Part shown: one piece after another, positions 20,127-28,569 of the stretch | How positions within the stretch are numbered: the stretch's first letter is position 1 | Layout of the letters: the number at the start of each line of letters is the position of its first letter | Assembly: GCA_963783305.1 (NCBI GenBank) | Contig: CAWAMW010000007.1 | Location: forward strand, 160,001 to 224,000 | Source of the DNA: an uncultured Gemmatimonadales bacterium | GTDB taxonomy: Bacteria > Gemmatimonadota > Gemmatimonadetes > Longimicrobiales > RSA9 | Direction of reading: 5' to 3' | DNA length: 64,000 bases | Made by a program: the position numbers and the translations under genes | The notes under the pieces: model-generated | The model's input: only the letters and a program-made list of their open reading frames with translations | What the model was told of the DNA's origin: nothing | Databases searched by the model: none

Positions 20127-22178
20127 CTACCGCGCGGACCCGCTCCCGGCCGGTGCGGCGGCCTGCCGGTACCGTTCCACGTAATCGATCACCATCCGCT
20201 GTGTGCTGAAGACGGGCCCCAGCTGCCGGATGCTCTGGCACATACGGGCGACCCATCCCTGGGGAACATGCCCCTCGTCCCGATCGTAGAAGAGCGGCAC
20301 CACTTCGTTCTCGAGTATCCGAAAGAGCGCTTCCGCGTCCTTCCGGTCGCCGTCGCTGTCGGCGGCATCTGTACCCTCACCGATGGCCCAGCCGGGGTCG
20401 GGTGCACCGGCGTCGCGATCCCGCCACGCCTCCTGCCACCAGCCGTCGAGAATGCTCACGTTGAGCACACCGTTCATCGCCGCCTTCATTCCGCTCGTCC
20501 CGCTCGCCTCCATGGGCCGGCGCGGGTTGTTGAGCCACACGTCGGCGCCCTGGACCAGATGGCGGGCCACGTCGATCCCGTACCCGGGGAGGAACACGAT
20601 CCGGTTCCGGAACCGCTCTTCGCGGGACACCTGGCCGATCCTGTGGATCAGCGCCTTTCCTCCCTCGTCCCTGGGGTGCGCCTTGCCGGAGAAGATCAGC
20701 TGGACGGGCCGCTGACTGTCGCCGAGCAGGCGCGCGAGCCGATCCAGGTCGCTCAGCAGCAGCGTCGCCCTCTTGTAGGTGGCGAAGCGCCGGGCGAACG
20801 CGATGGTGAGCGCTTTCGGGCTCAGTGTGGCACCCACGGTCCGGGCCACATACTCGACCAGCGAGGCGCGCCGCGCTTCGTGAATGCGCCAGAGCTTCGC
20901 CCCGTCGGGCGCCGGAGGGGCGGCATCCACACCGATCCGGTCCAGCGGCACGCCGAACGTGGCGGCCACCGCCGGGTGGACCCACGAGGGAGGGTGGATG
21001 CCATTGGTGATATGGTCGATAGGCACGTCGTCCACGGACCGGTCGGGCCAAAGGTGCTGCCACATCTCCCGCGAGACCGCACCGTGGAGGGCGCTCACGC
21101 CGTTCGTGCGAACCGCCAGGCGCAGCGCGAGCACGGTCATGGTGAACGGGTCGTCGGAGCCGGGCTCCTCACGGCCCAACTCCATCAGCTGGTCGATATC
21201 GAGTCCCAGCGCGTGCGCCATCGGGGTCAGCGTCTCGGCGATGAGGGCGCGTGAGAACCGGTCGTGGCCCGCTGGCACCGGTGTGTGCGTGGTGAAGACG
21301 CAGCGCGACCGGGCGGCCTCCCTGGCCTCCTCGAACGACAGCGCCTCGCCCTGCATGAGATCGCGGATCAGCTCCAGCCCGAGAAACGCGGAGTGCCCCT
21401 CGTTCATGTGGAATGCACGCGGGCTCAGCCCGAGCTCCGCCAGTGCGCGATACCCACCGATCCCCAGGAGCAGCTCCTGCGCGATCCGCATCTCCGGGCC
21501 GCCGCCGTACAGACGGGACGTGATGCCGCGATCATCGTGGGAGTTCTCAGGCACGTCCGTGTCCAGCAGGTAGAGCGCGATGCGCCCCACGTCCACGCGC
21601 CACACGCGCGCCTGCAGCTGCCGTCCGGGGAAGGGGACCGACACCCGCAGGGGCGACCCATCGGAGCGCGTCACCGGGCGGGCCGGAACGTCATCGAAAT
21701 CCGCGGCCGGGAAGCCCTCCACCTGTCGTCCCTGGCTGTCCACCGTCTGCTGGAAGTACCCCTCCCGGTACAGCAGGCCCACGCCCACCAGCGGGACACC
21801 CAGGTCGCTGGCTGACTTCAGGTGGTCGCCCGCGAGCACGCCCAGGCCCCCGGAGTAGATCCGGAGCGACTCGGTGATACCGAATTCGGCGGAGAAGTAG
21901 GCAACCAGCGGGCGCCCGCCGTCGGCGTCCCCGTCGTACCAGGTATCGGTGCTCTGCCGGTACCGCTCCAGGTCTGCGTGGATCGATTCGATCGTCTCCG
22001 CCAGTTCGTCGCGCCCGTTCACCGCACCCGGGTCGAGCCGCCGCAGCAGCGCCACGGGGTTATGGCCCACCCGCTCCCAGAGATCGGGGTCCAGGGCACG
22101 GAAGAGCTTGCGGCTCGGGCTGTGCCACGCCCAACGGAGGTTGTAGGCGATATCCTGCAGTCGCGCGTACGGCGTCAT
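20127..22178 (-). CDS. glgP: Alpha-glucan (glycogen) phosphorylase
   Basis: AYFSAEFG, YSGGLGVLAGDHLKSASD, HMNEGH, RRFATYKR, PLP site EASGTSGMKA. Confidence 0.95.
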   Translation of the reverse strand: MTPYARLQDIAYNLRWAWHSPSRKLFRALDPDLWERVGHNPVALLRRLDPGAVNGRDELAETIESIHADLERYRQSTDTWYDGDADGGRPLVAYFSAEFGITESLRIYSGGLGVLAGDHLKSASDLGVPLVGVGLLYREGYFQQTVDSQGRQVEGFPAADFDDVPARPVTRSDGSPLRVSVPFPGRQLQARVWRVDVGRIALYLLDTDVPENSHDDRGITSRLYGGGPEMRIAQELLLGIGGYRALAELGLSPRAFHMNEGHSAFLGLELIRDLMQGEALSFEEAREAARSRCVFTTHTPVPAGHDRFSRALIAETLTPMAHALGLDIDQLMELGREEPGSDDPFTMTVLALRLAVRTNGVSALHGAVSREMWQHLWPDRSVDDVPIDHITNGIHPPSWVHPAVAATFGVPLDRIGVDAAPPAPDGAKLWRIHEARRASLVEYVARTVGATLSPKALTIAFARRFATYKRATLLLSDLDRLARLLGDSQRPVQLIFSGKAHPRDEGGKALIHRIGQVSREERFRNRIVFLPGYGIDVARHLVQGADVWLNNPRRPMEASGTSGMKAAMNGVLNVSILDGWWQEAWRDRDAGAPDPGWAIGEGTDAADSDGDRKDAEALFRILENEVVPLFYDRDEGHVPQGWVARMCQSIRQLGPVFSTQRMVIDYVERYRQAAAPAGSGSAR

Positions 22179-22299
22179 GGTAAGGGACGTCCCTTTCTTG
22201 CATCCATTTCTTGGCTCCGGAAGGGCCGGAAGTTAGAACGCCGGGTGGGGCCTGCAAAGCCCCCCCCGCCGAGGGTCACGGTTTACCACACGCTCAGTC

Positions 22300-23697
22300 A
22301 TGATCTTCCATCGATTCGAGGACGACGGTCTCGCCCACTTCTCCTATGTCGTCGGCTGCGAGCGCAGGGGGGAGGTGGTGATCGTGGACCCGCGCCGCGA
22401 CATCGATCCCTATCTGACCTTCGCCGCCGAGCACGGGCTGCGGATCGCCCTCGTCACCGAGACCCACATCCACGCCGACTACGCTTCCGGCGCCGCCGAG
22501 CTGGCCCGCCGAGCGGGAGCGGAGCTGCACCTCTCGGCCTACGACTCGGGCGAGCGCTACGAGGTCGCCTACCCCCACCGAAAGCTCCACGACGGCGATG
22601 AGCTCCGGCTCGGAGCCGTACGCCTCCGGGCGGTTCACACGCCGGGGCACACCCCCGAGCACATCGCGTTCCTCATCTACGACGACGATGGCGGCGCTAC
22701 CCGGCCCGTCCGCTTCCTCACCGGAGATTTCCTCTTCATCGGCTCCGTCGGCCGGCCCGACCTGCTCGGTGAGGAGGCCAAGCGGGAGCTGGCGCACGCG
22801 CTCCACGACTCGATCCGACGGGTGGTCCCGCCGCTTCCCGACAACGTGCTGATCCACCCGGCGCACGGCTCCGGGTCCATGTGCGGCGGTGGCATGAGCC
22901 GCACGCCGGAGCGGCGCCTGGGACAGGAGCGGGAGGAGAACCCTTTCCTGGACCCGCGCCTCGGTCGGCAGGAGTTCGTGGAGCGGCTGCTGGAGACGCT
23001 GCCGCCGTATCCCGATTATTACCTGCGGATGAAGGACCGCAACGCGGGCGGCCCGGGGTTCGAACGCCCCTGGCCGCAGCCCGTGGCCCTCGATCCCGAG
23101 CCGTTCGCGGACCGCGTCGAGGCCGGTGCGCTGGTGGTGGACACGCGCCACCAGCTGGCCTTCGGCGGCGGGCATGTCCCGGACGCCTTCGGCATCGGTC
23201 TCGATCCGGACCTCAGCACATGGGCGGGGTGGGTGGTCCCGTACGATCGGCCGCTCCTGCTGGTGATCGAGTCCGAGGAGGACGTTCCGGATGCGGTCAC
23301 CCGTCTGGCCCGGGTGGGGCTGGACCGCGTGGAGGGGTACCTCGCCGGAGGCATGGAGCGGTGGATCGCCGCTGCCGGAAGCCTCGAGAGTGTGACGCAG
23401 TGGACGCCCCGCGCGCTCCGCGCCCGCCTGGACGACGGGGTGACGGTCCTGGATGTGCGCACGAAGGAGGAGTGGGAGGAAGGCCACATCCCGGGCGCGA
23501 TCCATATCATGGGCGGTCGGCTCCAGGACGAGCTGGGCCGGCTGCCGGAGACCGATGGGGAGATCGCCGTGATCTGCGGGACCGGGTACCGTTCCACGGT
23601 GGCCGTGAGCGTTCTGGAGCGGAACGGCTTCACCCGCATTCGGAACGTACCCGGAGGCATGACGGCGTGGGAGGCGGCGGGTCTGCCCACCGATTGA
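22300..23697 (+). CDS. MBL-fold hydrolase with two rhodanese domains (persulfide dioxygenase/sulfurtransferase-like)
   Basis: THIHAD, HTPGHTPEH, GDFLF..GRPDL, PAHGSGSMCG; C-terminal rhodanese with CGTGYRS. Confidence 0.88.
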   Translation: MIFHRFEDDGLAHFSYVVGCERRGEVVIVDPRRDIDPYLTFAAEHGLRIALVTETHIHADYASGAAELARRAGAELHLSAYDSGERYEVAYPHRKLHDGDELRLGAVRLRAVHTPGHTPEHIAFLIYDDDGGATRPVRFLTGDFLFIGSVGRPDLLGEEAKRELAHALHDSIRRVVPPLPDNVLIHPAHGSGSMCGGGMSRTPERRLGQEREENPFLDPRLGRQEFVERLLETLPPYPDYYLRMKDRNAGGPGFERPWPQPVALDPEPFADRVEAGALVVDTRHQLAFGGGHVPDAFGIGLDPDLSTWAGWVVPYDRPLLLVIESEEDVPDAVTRLARVGLDRVEGYLAGGMERWIAAAGSLESVTQWTPRALRARLDDGVTVLDVRTKEEWEEGHIPGAIHIMGGRLQDELGRLPETDGEIAVICGTGYRSTVAVSVLERNGFTRIRNVPGGMTAWEAAGLPTD

Positions 23698-23722
23698 CGG
23701 GGCAGGCGCTGCCGTGTATGGT
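23694..23722 (+). promoter_or_regulatory. sigma70 promoter of the thrS leader
   Basis: TTGACG-17 nt-TATGGT with TG just upstream of the -10; ATG follows 5 nt later. Confidence 0.7.
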
Positions 23723-23727
23723 TGGGC

Positions 23728-23808
23728 ATGCGTCAGCGAACGACCATCCGGGCCTCGACCACGACCTCCCGCGCCGCGAGAGGACGGCCCGCCGGAGTCC
23801 GGGCGTAA
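23728..23808 (+). CDS. Putative Thr-rich leader peptide (MRQRTTIRASTTTSRAARGRPAGVRA)
   Basis: 26 codons including ACG ACC and ACC ACG ACC, directly upstream of an attenuator hairpin and thrS; below the ORF-track size cut-off. Confidence 0.75.
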   Translation: MRQRTTIRASTTTSRAARGRPAGVRA

Positions 23809-23831
23809 GCAGCCACCGGACCCATGGCACG

Positions 23832-23870
23832 GACGGCCTCTCCGGATTCGGAGGGGCCGTCGTCTTTATT
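23832..23870 (+). terminator. Attenuator terminator upstream of thrS
   Basis: 13-bp stem GACGGCCTCTCCG-GATT-CGGAGGGGCCGTC followed by GTCTTTATT, ending 18 nt before the thrS ATG. Confidence 0.75.
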
Positions 23871-23888
23871 ACCGAGAGCGGAACGGAC

Positions 23889-25850
23889 ATGGCAGGATCG
23901 AACGGGACCGACATGATCGAGGTGACACTCCCCGATGGGAGCGTGAAAGAGCTGCCGCGGGGCGCCACGCCGCTGGACGTGGCCCGGGAGATCGGACCGG
24001 GGCTGGCCAAGGCGGCGCTGGCGGCCAGGATCGATGGGGAGGTGGTGGACATCCACCGGCCCATCGAGCACGATGCGTCGCTCGAGATCATCACCCGCAA
24101 GAGCCCGGAGGCCGTCGACGTCCTCCGGCACTCGGCCGCTCACGTCCTCGCCACAGCCGTTCGGAAGGTGCGGCCGGGAGCCGGGATCGGCTTTGGCCCC
24201 GCCATCGAGCACGGCTTCTACTACGACTTCGAGGTGGATGAGCCGTTCACTCCGGATGAGCTGGAGCGCATCGAGGACGAGATGCGGAAGGTGGCGGCGG
24301 CGGAAGACGAGTTCGAGCGCCGGGTCGTCTCACGGGAGGAGGCGCGCGAGCTCTTCGCCGACGATCCCCTGAAGCTGGAGCGACTCGAGGAGTTCGCCGA
24401 GGACGAGGTCATCAGCGTCTACCGGAACGGTTCCTTCGTGGACCTCTGCCGTGGGCCGCACGTGCCGAGCACCGCGCTCGTCCAGCACTTCAAGCTGCTG
24501 AACACCGCCGGCGCGTACTGGCGCGGGGATGAGAACCGGCAGATGCTCCAGCGCATCTACGGCACCGCCTGGCTCTCCGAGAAGGAGCTGGAGGAGCACC
24601 TCCACCGGCTCGAGGAGGCTCGCAAGCGGGATCACCGGAAGCTCGGTAAGCAACTCGACCTGTTTCTCTTCCACCCCTGGTCCCCCGGGTCGCCGTTCTG
24701 GACCGATCGGGGCACCACGATCTACCAGGAGCTGGTCGACTGGATGCGCGGCGTTCTCCAGAAGAACGACTACCAGCTCGTGAAGACGCCGCTCCTCTAC
24801 AACAAGTCGCTCTGGGAGCTCTCGGGCCACTGGGGGAAGTACCAGGACAACATGTTCCTCGTGCTCGACAGCGAGTCGGGCGAGCACGACTTCGGGCTCA
24901 AGCCCATGAACTGCCCGTCGCACCACCTGCTCTACGACTCGTCGCACCACAGCTACCGCGACCTGCCGCTCCGCTTCGCCACCCAGGACGTCCTGCACCG
25001 GAACGAGGTCTCCGGGGCGCTCGGCGGCCTCACGCGGGTCCGGCAGTTCCAGCAGGATGACGCCCACGTGTACCTCGCCGAGGACCAGGTGCCGGCCGAG
25101 GTGCAGCGCATGGTCGATCTGGTGGACTACTTCTACGGCGCCCTCGGACTCGAGTACACCGCCAAGTTCGCCACCCGCCCCGAACAGCGCATCGGCTCCG
25201 ACGAGATGTGGGACCGCGCCGAGTCATCGCTCCGTGAGGCGCTGGAAGCCACCGGCATGGAGTACGAGCTGAAGGAAGGCGATGGCGCCTTCTACGGCCC
25301 CAAGATCGATTTCGACGTCGTGGACGCCCTCGGCCGCGAGTGGCAGCTGGGGACCATCCAGCTCGATTACGCCGCGCCCGAGCGATTCGACCTGAAGTAC
25401 ACGGGCGAGGACAACTCAGAGCACCGGCCGGTGGTGATCCACCGTGCCATTTTCGGCTCGTTCGAGCGCTTCATCGCCATCCTCATCGAGCACTTCGCGG
25501 GCGCGTTCCCGCTCTGGCTGGCTCCGGAGCAGGTGCGCGTGCTGCCCATCACCGACGACCAGGCGGAGGATGCCGCCCGGCTCGTCGACCGGCTCCGGGA
25601 TCGCGGCATCCGTGCGTCGCTGGACGACCGCTCGGAGACGCTCGGCTACCGCATCCGGGACGGTGAGACCATGAAGGTGCCGTACATGGCCGTGGTGGGT
25701 GAGCGCGAGGTCGAGGGCGGGACCGTCGCCGTGCGGAAGCAGGGCGGCGGTCGGAAGCAGGAGGTGATCGGCCGGGACGAGTTCGTCGACCGGTTGGCGG
25801 CGGAGATCGAGGAGCGGCGGCTGGCGGCGGGGGGAGCGGGCGGGGGGTGA
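23889..25850 (+). CDS. thrS: Threonine--tRNA ligase
   Basis: TGS domain (TLPDGS), RHSAAH, DLCRGPH, RDHRKLGK, KPMNCPSH, GAFYGPKID, HRAIFGSFERF. Confidence 0.97.
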   Translation: MAGSNGTDMIEVTLPDGSVKELPRGATPLDVAREIGPGLAKAALAARIDGEVVDIHRPIEHDASLEIITRKSPEAVDVLRHSAAHVLATAVRKVRPGAGIGFGPAIEHGFYYDFEVDEPFTPDELERIEDEMRKVAAAEDEFERRVVSREEARELFADDPLKLERLEEFAEDEVISVYRNGSFVDLCRGPHVPSTALVQHFKLLNTAGAYWRGDENRQMLQRIYGTAWLSEKELEEHLHRLEEARKRDHRKLGKQLDLFLFHPWSPGSPFWTDRGTTIYQELVDWMRGVLQKNDYQLVKTPLLYNKSLWELSGHWGKYQDNMFLVLDSESGEHDFGLKPMNCPSHHLLYDSSHHSYRDLPLRFATQDVLHRNEVSGALGGLTRVRQFQQDDAHVYLAEDQVPAEVQRMVDLVDYFYGALGLEYTAKFATRPEQRIGSDEMWDRAESSLREALEATGMEYELKEGDGAFYGPKIDFDVVDALGREWQLGTIQLDYAAPERFDLKYTGEDNSEHRPVVIHRAIFGSFERFIAILIEHFAGAFPLWLAPEQVRVLPITDDQAEDAARLVDRLRDRGIRASLDDRSETLGYRIRDGETMKVPYMAVVGEREVEGGTVAVRKQGGGRKQEVIGRDEFVDRLAAEIEERRLAAGGAGGG

Positions 25851-25854
25851 CGTC

Positions 25855-26146
25855 GGCGGGGTCGAGGGTCGATCCCTGCGGTCGCTGCCGCTCCCTGCGG
25901 AACCCGCTGGCGCGGGGGGTCGATCGCCGCGCAGCGCGCGGCGATCGCGCAAAGCGCGGCGTCGAAGAGACGTGACGGGGCAGGCGCGTGGGTATCGCCG
26001 CTGCGGCTGTCGGCACAATGCCGCAAGAGACGGAGCCGAGCGGAGATCGATAGCGAGGCCGAAGGCCGAGCGTTCGATAGCGAGCGAAGCGACGCGTTCC
26101 ATAGGGAGCGCAGCGACCGTTCGATAGCGAGCGCAGCGAGCGGTCG
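25855..26146. repeat. REP-like intergenic repeat element, copy 2
   Basis: GTCGAGGGTC..CCCTGCGG head shared with copy 1; inverted unit at 25880-25897; 12-bp perfect IR at 25921-25947; four tandem units at 26049-26145. Confidence 0.85.
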
Positions 26147-26168
26147 CCCTCCCGGCGCCCCCTCGGTG

Positions 26169-26197
26169 TTGACCGCCGGCCCGCCCGCCCTTACATT
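26169..26197 (+). promoter_or_regulatory. sigma70 promoter of infC-rpmI-rplT
   Basis: TTGACC-17 nt-TACATT. Confidence 0.7.
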
Positions 26198-26202
26198 CCC
26201 GG

Positions 26203-26346
26203 TCGACAATGTGGCAAGTGAGGGCCGATTGCCGGCGCCTCCACCTTCTGGTCCGCTCAGCGGTACCGCCGGGTTTCCATGGCAATGCACCGCCCGAAGG
26301 GGGCCGGGGCATGCGTTGGGCCCGCGATAAGCGGGTCCTTTTTTCT
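26203..26346 (+). promoter_or_regulatory. Structured infC leader with intrinsic terminator (L20-leader-like)
   Basis: GTGAGG/CCTCCAC stem; terminator GGGCCCGC-GATAA-GCGGGTCC-TTTTTT at 26318-26344 between the promoter and infC. Confidence 0.55.
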
Positions 26347-26369
26347 GGCCGTAAAACGGAGAACGAGCG

Positions 26370-26894
26370 ATCGCCACAGAAAAGCGAGTCCGTGTGAACC
26401 GTCAGATCCGGATCAGCCCGGTGCGGGTGATCGGAGACGACGGGGAACAGCTGGGCATCATGCCGGTGGAAGAGGCCATTGAGGCCGCGGAAGAGAAGGG
26501 TCTGGATCTGGTGGAAGTGGCACCGGACTCTCGCCCGCCGGTCGTCCGGATCATGGATCACGGGAAGTACAAGTACGAGCAGGCGCGGAAGGCGCGTCAC
26601 GCCAAGAAGAAGCAGCACAACGTGCACCTCAAGGAGGTGAAGTTCCGCCCGGGGATCGAGGCGCACGACATGGAGTTCAAGCTGCGACACGCCCGCCGGT
26701 TCCTCGAGGAGGGGAACAAGGTGAAGGCCACCATGATGTTCCGTGGCCGGCAGATGGCGCATCCGGAGCTGGGCCGTGAAGTGCTGCAGCAGGTGGCGAC
26801 GGAACTGGAGGACGTGAGCAAGGTCGAGAGCCGGCCTACGCTCGAGGGCCGGAACATGATCATGGTCCTGGTGCCGACGAAGAAGCAGGTATAG
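26370..26894 (+). CDS. infC: Translation initiation factor IF-3 (probable non-canonical ATC start)
   Basis: [45 protein letters not shown] 8 nt before in-frame ATC at 26370. Confidence 0.95.
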   Translation: MATEKRVRVNRQIRISPVRVIGDDGEQLGIMPVEEAIEAAEEKGLDLVEVAPDSRPPVVRIMDHGKYKYEQARKARHAKKKQHNVHLKEVKFRPGIEAHDMEFKLRHARRFLEEGNKVKATMMFRGRQMAHPELGREVLQQVATELEDVSKVESRPTLEGRNMIMVLVPTKKQV

Positions 26895-26905
26895 AGGGGG
26901 ATCGA

Positions 26906-27100
26906 ATGCCGAAAATGAAGACGAACAAGGGCGCGGCGAAGCGCCTGAAGAAGACGGGGTCGGGGAAGCTGAAGCGGGGGAAGCAGAACCGCCGGCACAT
27001 CCTGACGAAGAAGACGCCGAAGCGGAAGCGCCAGCTGCGCAAGGACGGGCTGGTGTCGAAGGCGGACGAGAAGCGCATGAATCGCCTGCTGAACGGGTAG
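26906..27100 (+). CDS. rpmI: 50S ribosomal protein L35
   Basis: [26 protein letters not shown]. Confidence 0.97.
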   Translation: MPKMKTNKGAAKRLKKTGSGKLKRGKQNRRHILTKKTPKRKRQLRKDGLVSKADEKRMNRLLNG

Positions 27101-27106
27101 AATACG

Positions 27107-27463
27107 ATGCCGAGAGCAACGAGTGCGGTGGCGCGGCACCGCAAGAAGAAGAAGTACTTCCGTGCGGCCCGCGGCTATTTCGGGGGCCGGTCGAAGCTGT
27201 GGCGGATCGCGAAGAACGCGGTCGAGCGTGGCTGGCAGTATTCCTACCGGGACCGCAAGAACAAGAAGCGGACGTTCCGGCGGCTGTGGATTGCGCGGAT
27301 CAACGCGGCGGCCCGGCAGCACGACATGAGCTACAGCCGGATGATCCACGGTCTCAAGCTGGCCGGTGTGGAGGTCAACCGTAAGGTGCTGGCGGATCTG
27401 GCCGTGCGTGAGCCGGAGGCGTTTGGAGCCCTCGTCGAGCAGGCCAAGGGGCAGCTGGACTAG
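27107..27463 (+). CDS. rplT: 50S ribosomal protein L20
   Basis: [40 protein letters not shown]. Confidence 0.97.
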   Translation: MPRATSAVARHRKKKKYFRAARGYFGGRSKLWRIAKNAVERGWQYSYRDRKNKKRTFRRLWIARINAAARQHDMSYSRMIHGLKLAGVEVNRKVLADLAVREPEAFGALVEQAKGQLD

Positions 27464-27546
27464 TTGCGAACGTCGGTCAAGCGCGGCACCTTCGCCCCTC
27501 GGCCCGAGCATCGGACCGGGGGGCGATCCATTTCAGGGAACGAGGC

Positions 27547-28569
27547 ATGGCGAGCGATCTGATCCAGGAGCTGGAAGAGCTCGAGGCACACGCACGTGAG
27601 CGCGTGAGGCAGGTGGAGACGCCGGACCAGCTGGAGGCGCTGCGGGTCGAGCTTCTCGGCCGCAAGGACGGGCGGCTCACGGCCGTCCTGCGCGGACTGG
27701 GCGGCCTCACGCCCGAGGAGCGCCCCGCGGTGGGGAAGAAGAGCAATGAGGTAAAGGGCGCGGTGACGACGCTGCTCGAGGAGCGGGAGCGGGAGCTCTC
27801 CACCGGGCCGGCCGGCGCCGATGTCGACCTCACGCTGCCCGGCCGCAGGCAGTGGCAGGGGGGGCTCCACCCGGTCACGCAGGTGATCGACGAGATCCAC
27901 GGGATCTTCCGTGATCTGGGCTTCGTGCGGGCGCGGGGCCCTGAAGCGGAAACCGACTGGCACAACTTCGAGGCGCTCAACACGCCACTCGACCACCCGG
28001 CCGCGGCGCCCGGTGACACGTTCTACCTGGACGACGGGATCCTCCTGCGCAGCCACACTTCGCCCGTGCAGGTGCGGACCATGATGGCGCACGAGCCGCC
28101 CATCCGTATCCTCGCCCCGGGGCTCGTGTACCGGCGCGACCCGTGGGACCCGTCCCATGCCCCGGCGTTCGAGCAGATCGAGGGGCTGGTGGTGGACGAG
28201 GGCATCACCATGGTGGATCTCAAGGCGACTCTCGCCGAGTTTGCGCGCCGGCTTTTCGGCAGCGACACGCGGACCCGCTTCCGGCCGTCCTTCTTCCCCT
28301 TCACCGAGCCGAGCGCGGAAGTGGACGTCACGTGTGCTATCTGTCATGGCGCGGGCTGCAGCACGTGCAAGGGGACGGGCTGGCTGGAGATCATGGGCGC
28401 CGGCATGGTGGATCCGGCCGTGTTCGAAGCCGTGGGATACGACCCGGAGCGCTACACCGGGTTCGCGTTCGGCATGGGCCCCGGCCGGATCGCCATGCTC
28501 GCGTTCGGCGTGCCCGACATCCGCATGTGGTATGAGGGCGACACCCGTTTCCTGGAGCAGTTCGCATGA
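27547..28569 (+). CDS. pheS: Phenylalanine--tRNA ligase alpha subunit
   Basis: LRSHTSPVQ, RFRPSFFPFTEPSAEVD, C4 motif, GFAFGMG. Confidence 0.97.
   Translation: MASDLIQELEELEAHARERVRQVETPDQLEALRVELLGRKDGRLTAVLRGLGGLTPEERPAVGKKSNEVKGAVTTLLEERERELSTGPAGADVDLTLPGRRQWQGGLHPVTQVIDEIHGIFRDLGFVRARGPEAETDWHNFEALNTPLDHPAAAPGDTFYLDDGILLRSHTSPVQVRTMMAHEPPIRILAPGLVYRRDPWDPSHAPAFEQIEGLVVDEGITMVDLKATLAEFARRLFGSDTRTRFRPSFFPFTEPSAEVDVTCAICHGAGCSTCKGTGWLEIMGAGMVDPAVFEAVGYDPERYTGFAFGMGPGRIAMLAFGVPDIRMWYEGDTRFLEQFA

Noticed and set aside
22881..23888. 989-aa ORF extending ThrRS upstream
   Set aside because: An off-frame, stop-free GC-rich stretch overlapping the MBL-rhodanese gene. ThrRS homology begins at about 23889.
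23700..23888. T-box riboswitch upstream of thrS
   Set aside because: No GGTGGNACC T-box sequence or specifier stem. The leader-peptide model fits better.
27464..27546. PheM-like attenuator upstream of pheS
   Set aside because: A hairpin and a possible TTGCGA-17-CACCTT promoter are present, but there is no Phe-rich uORF.
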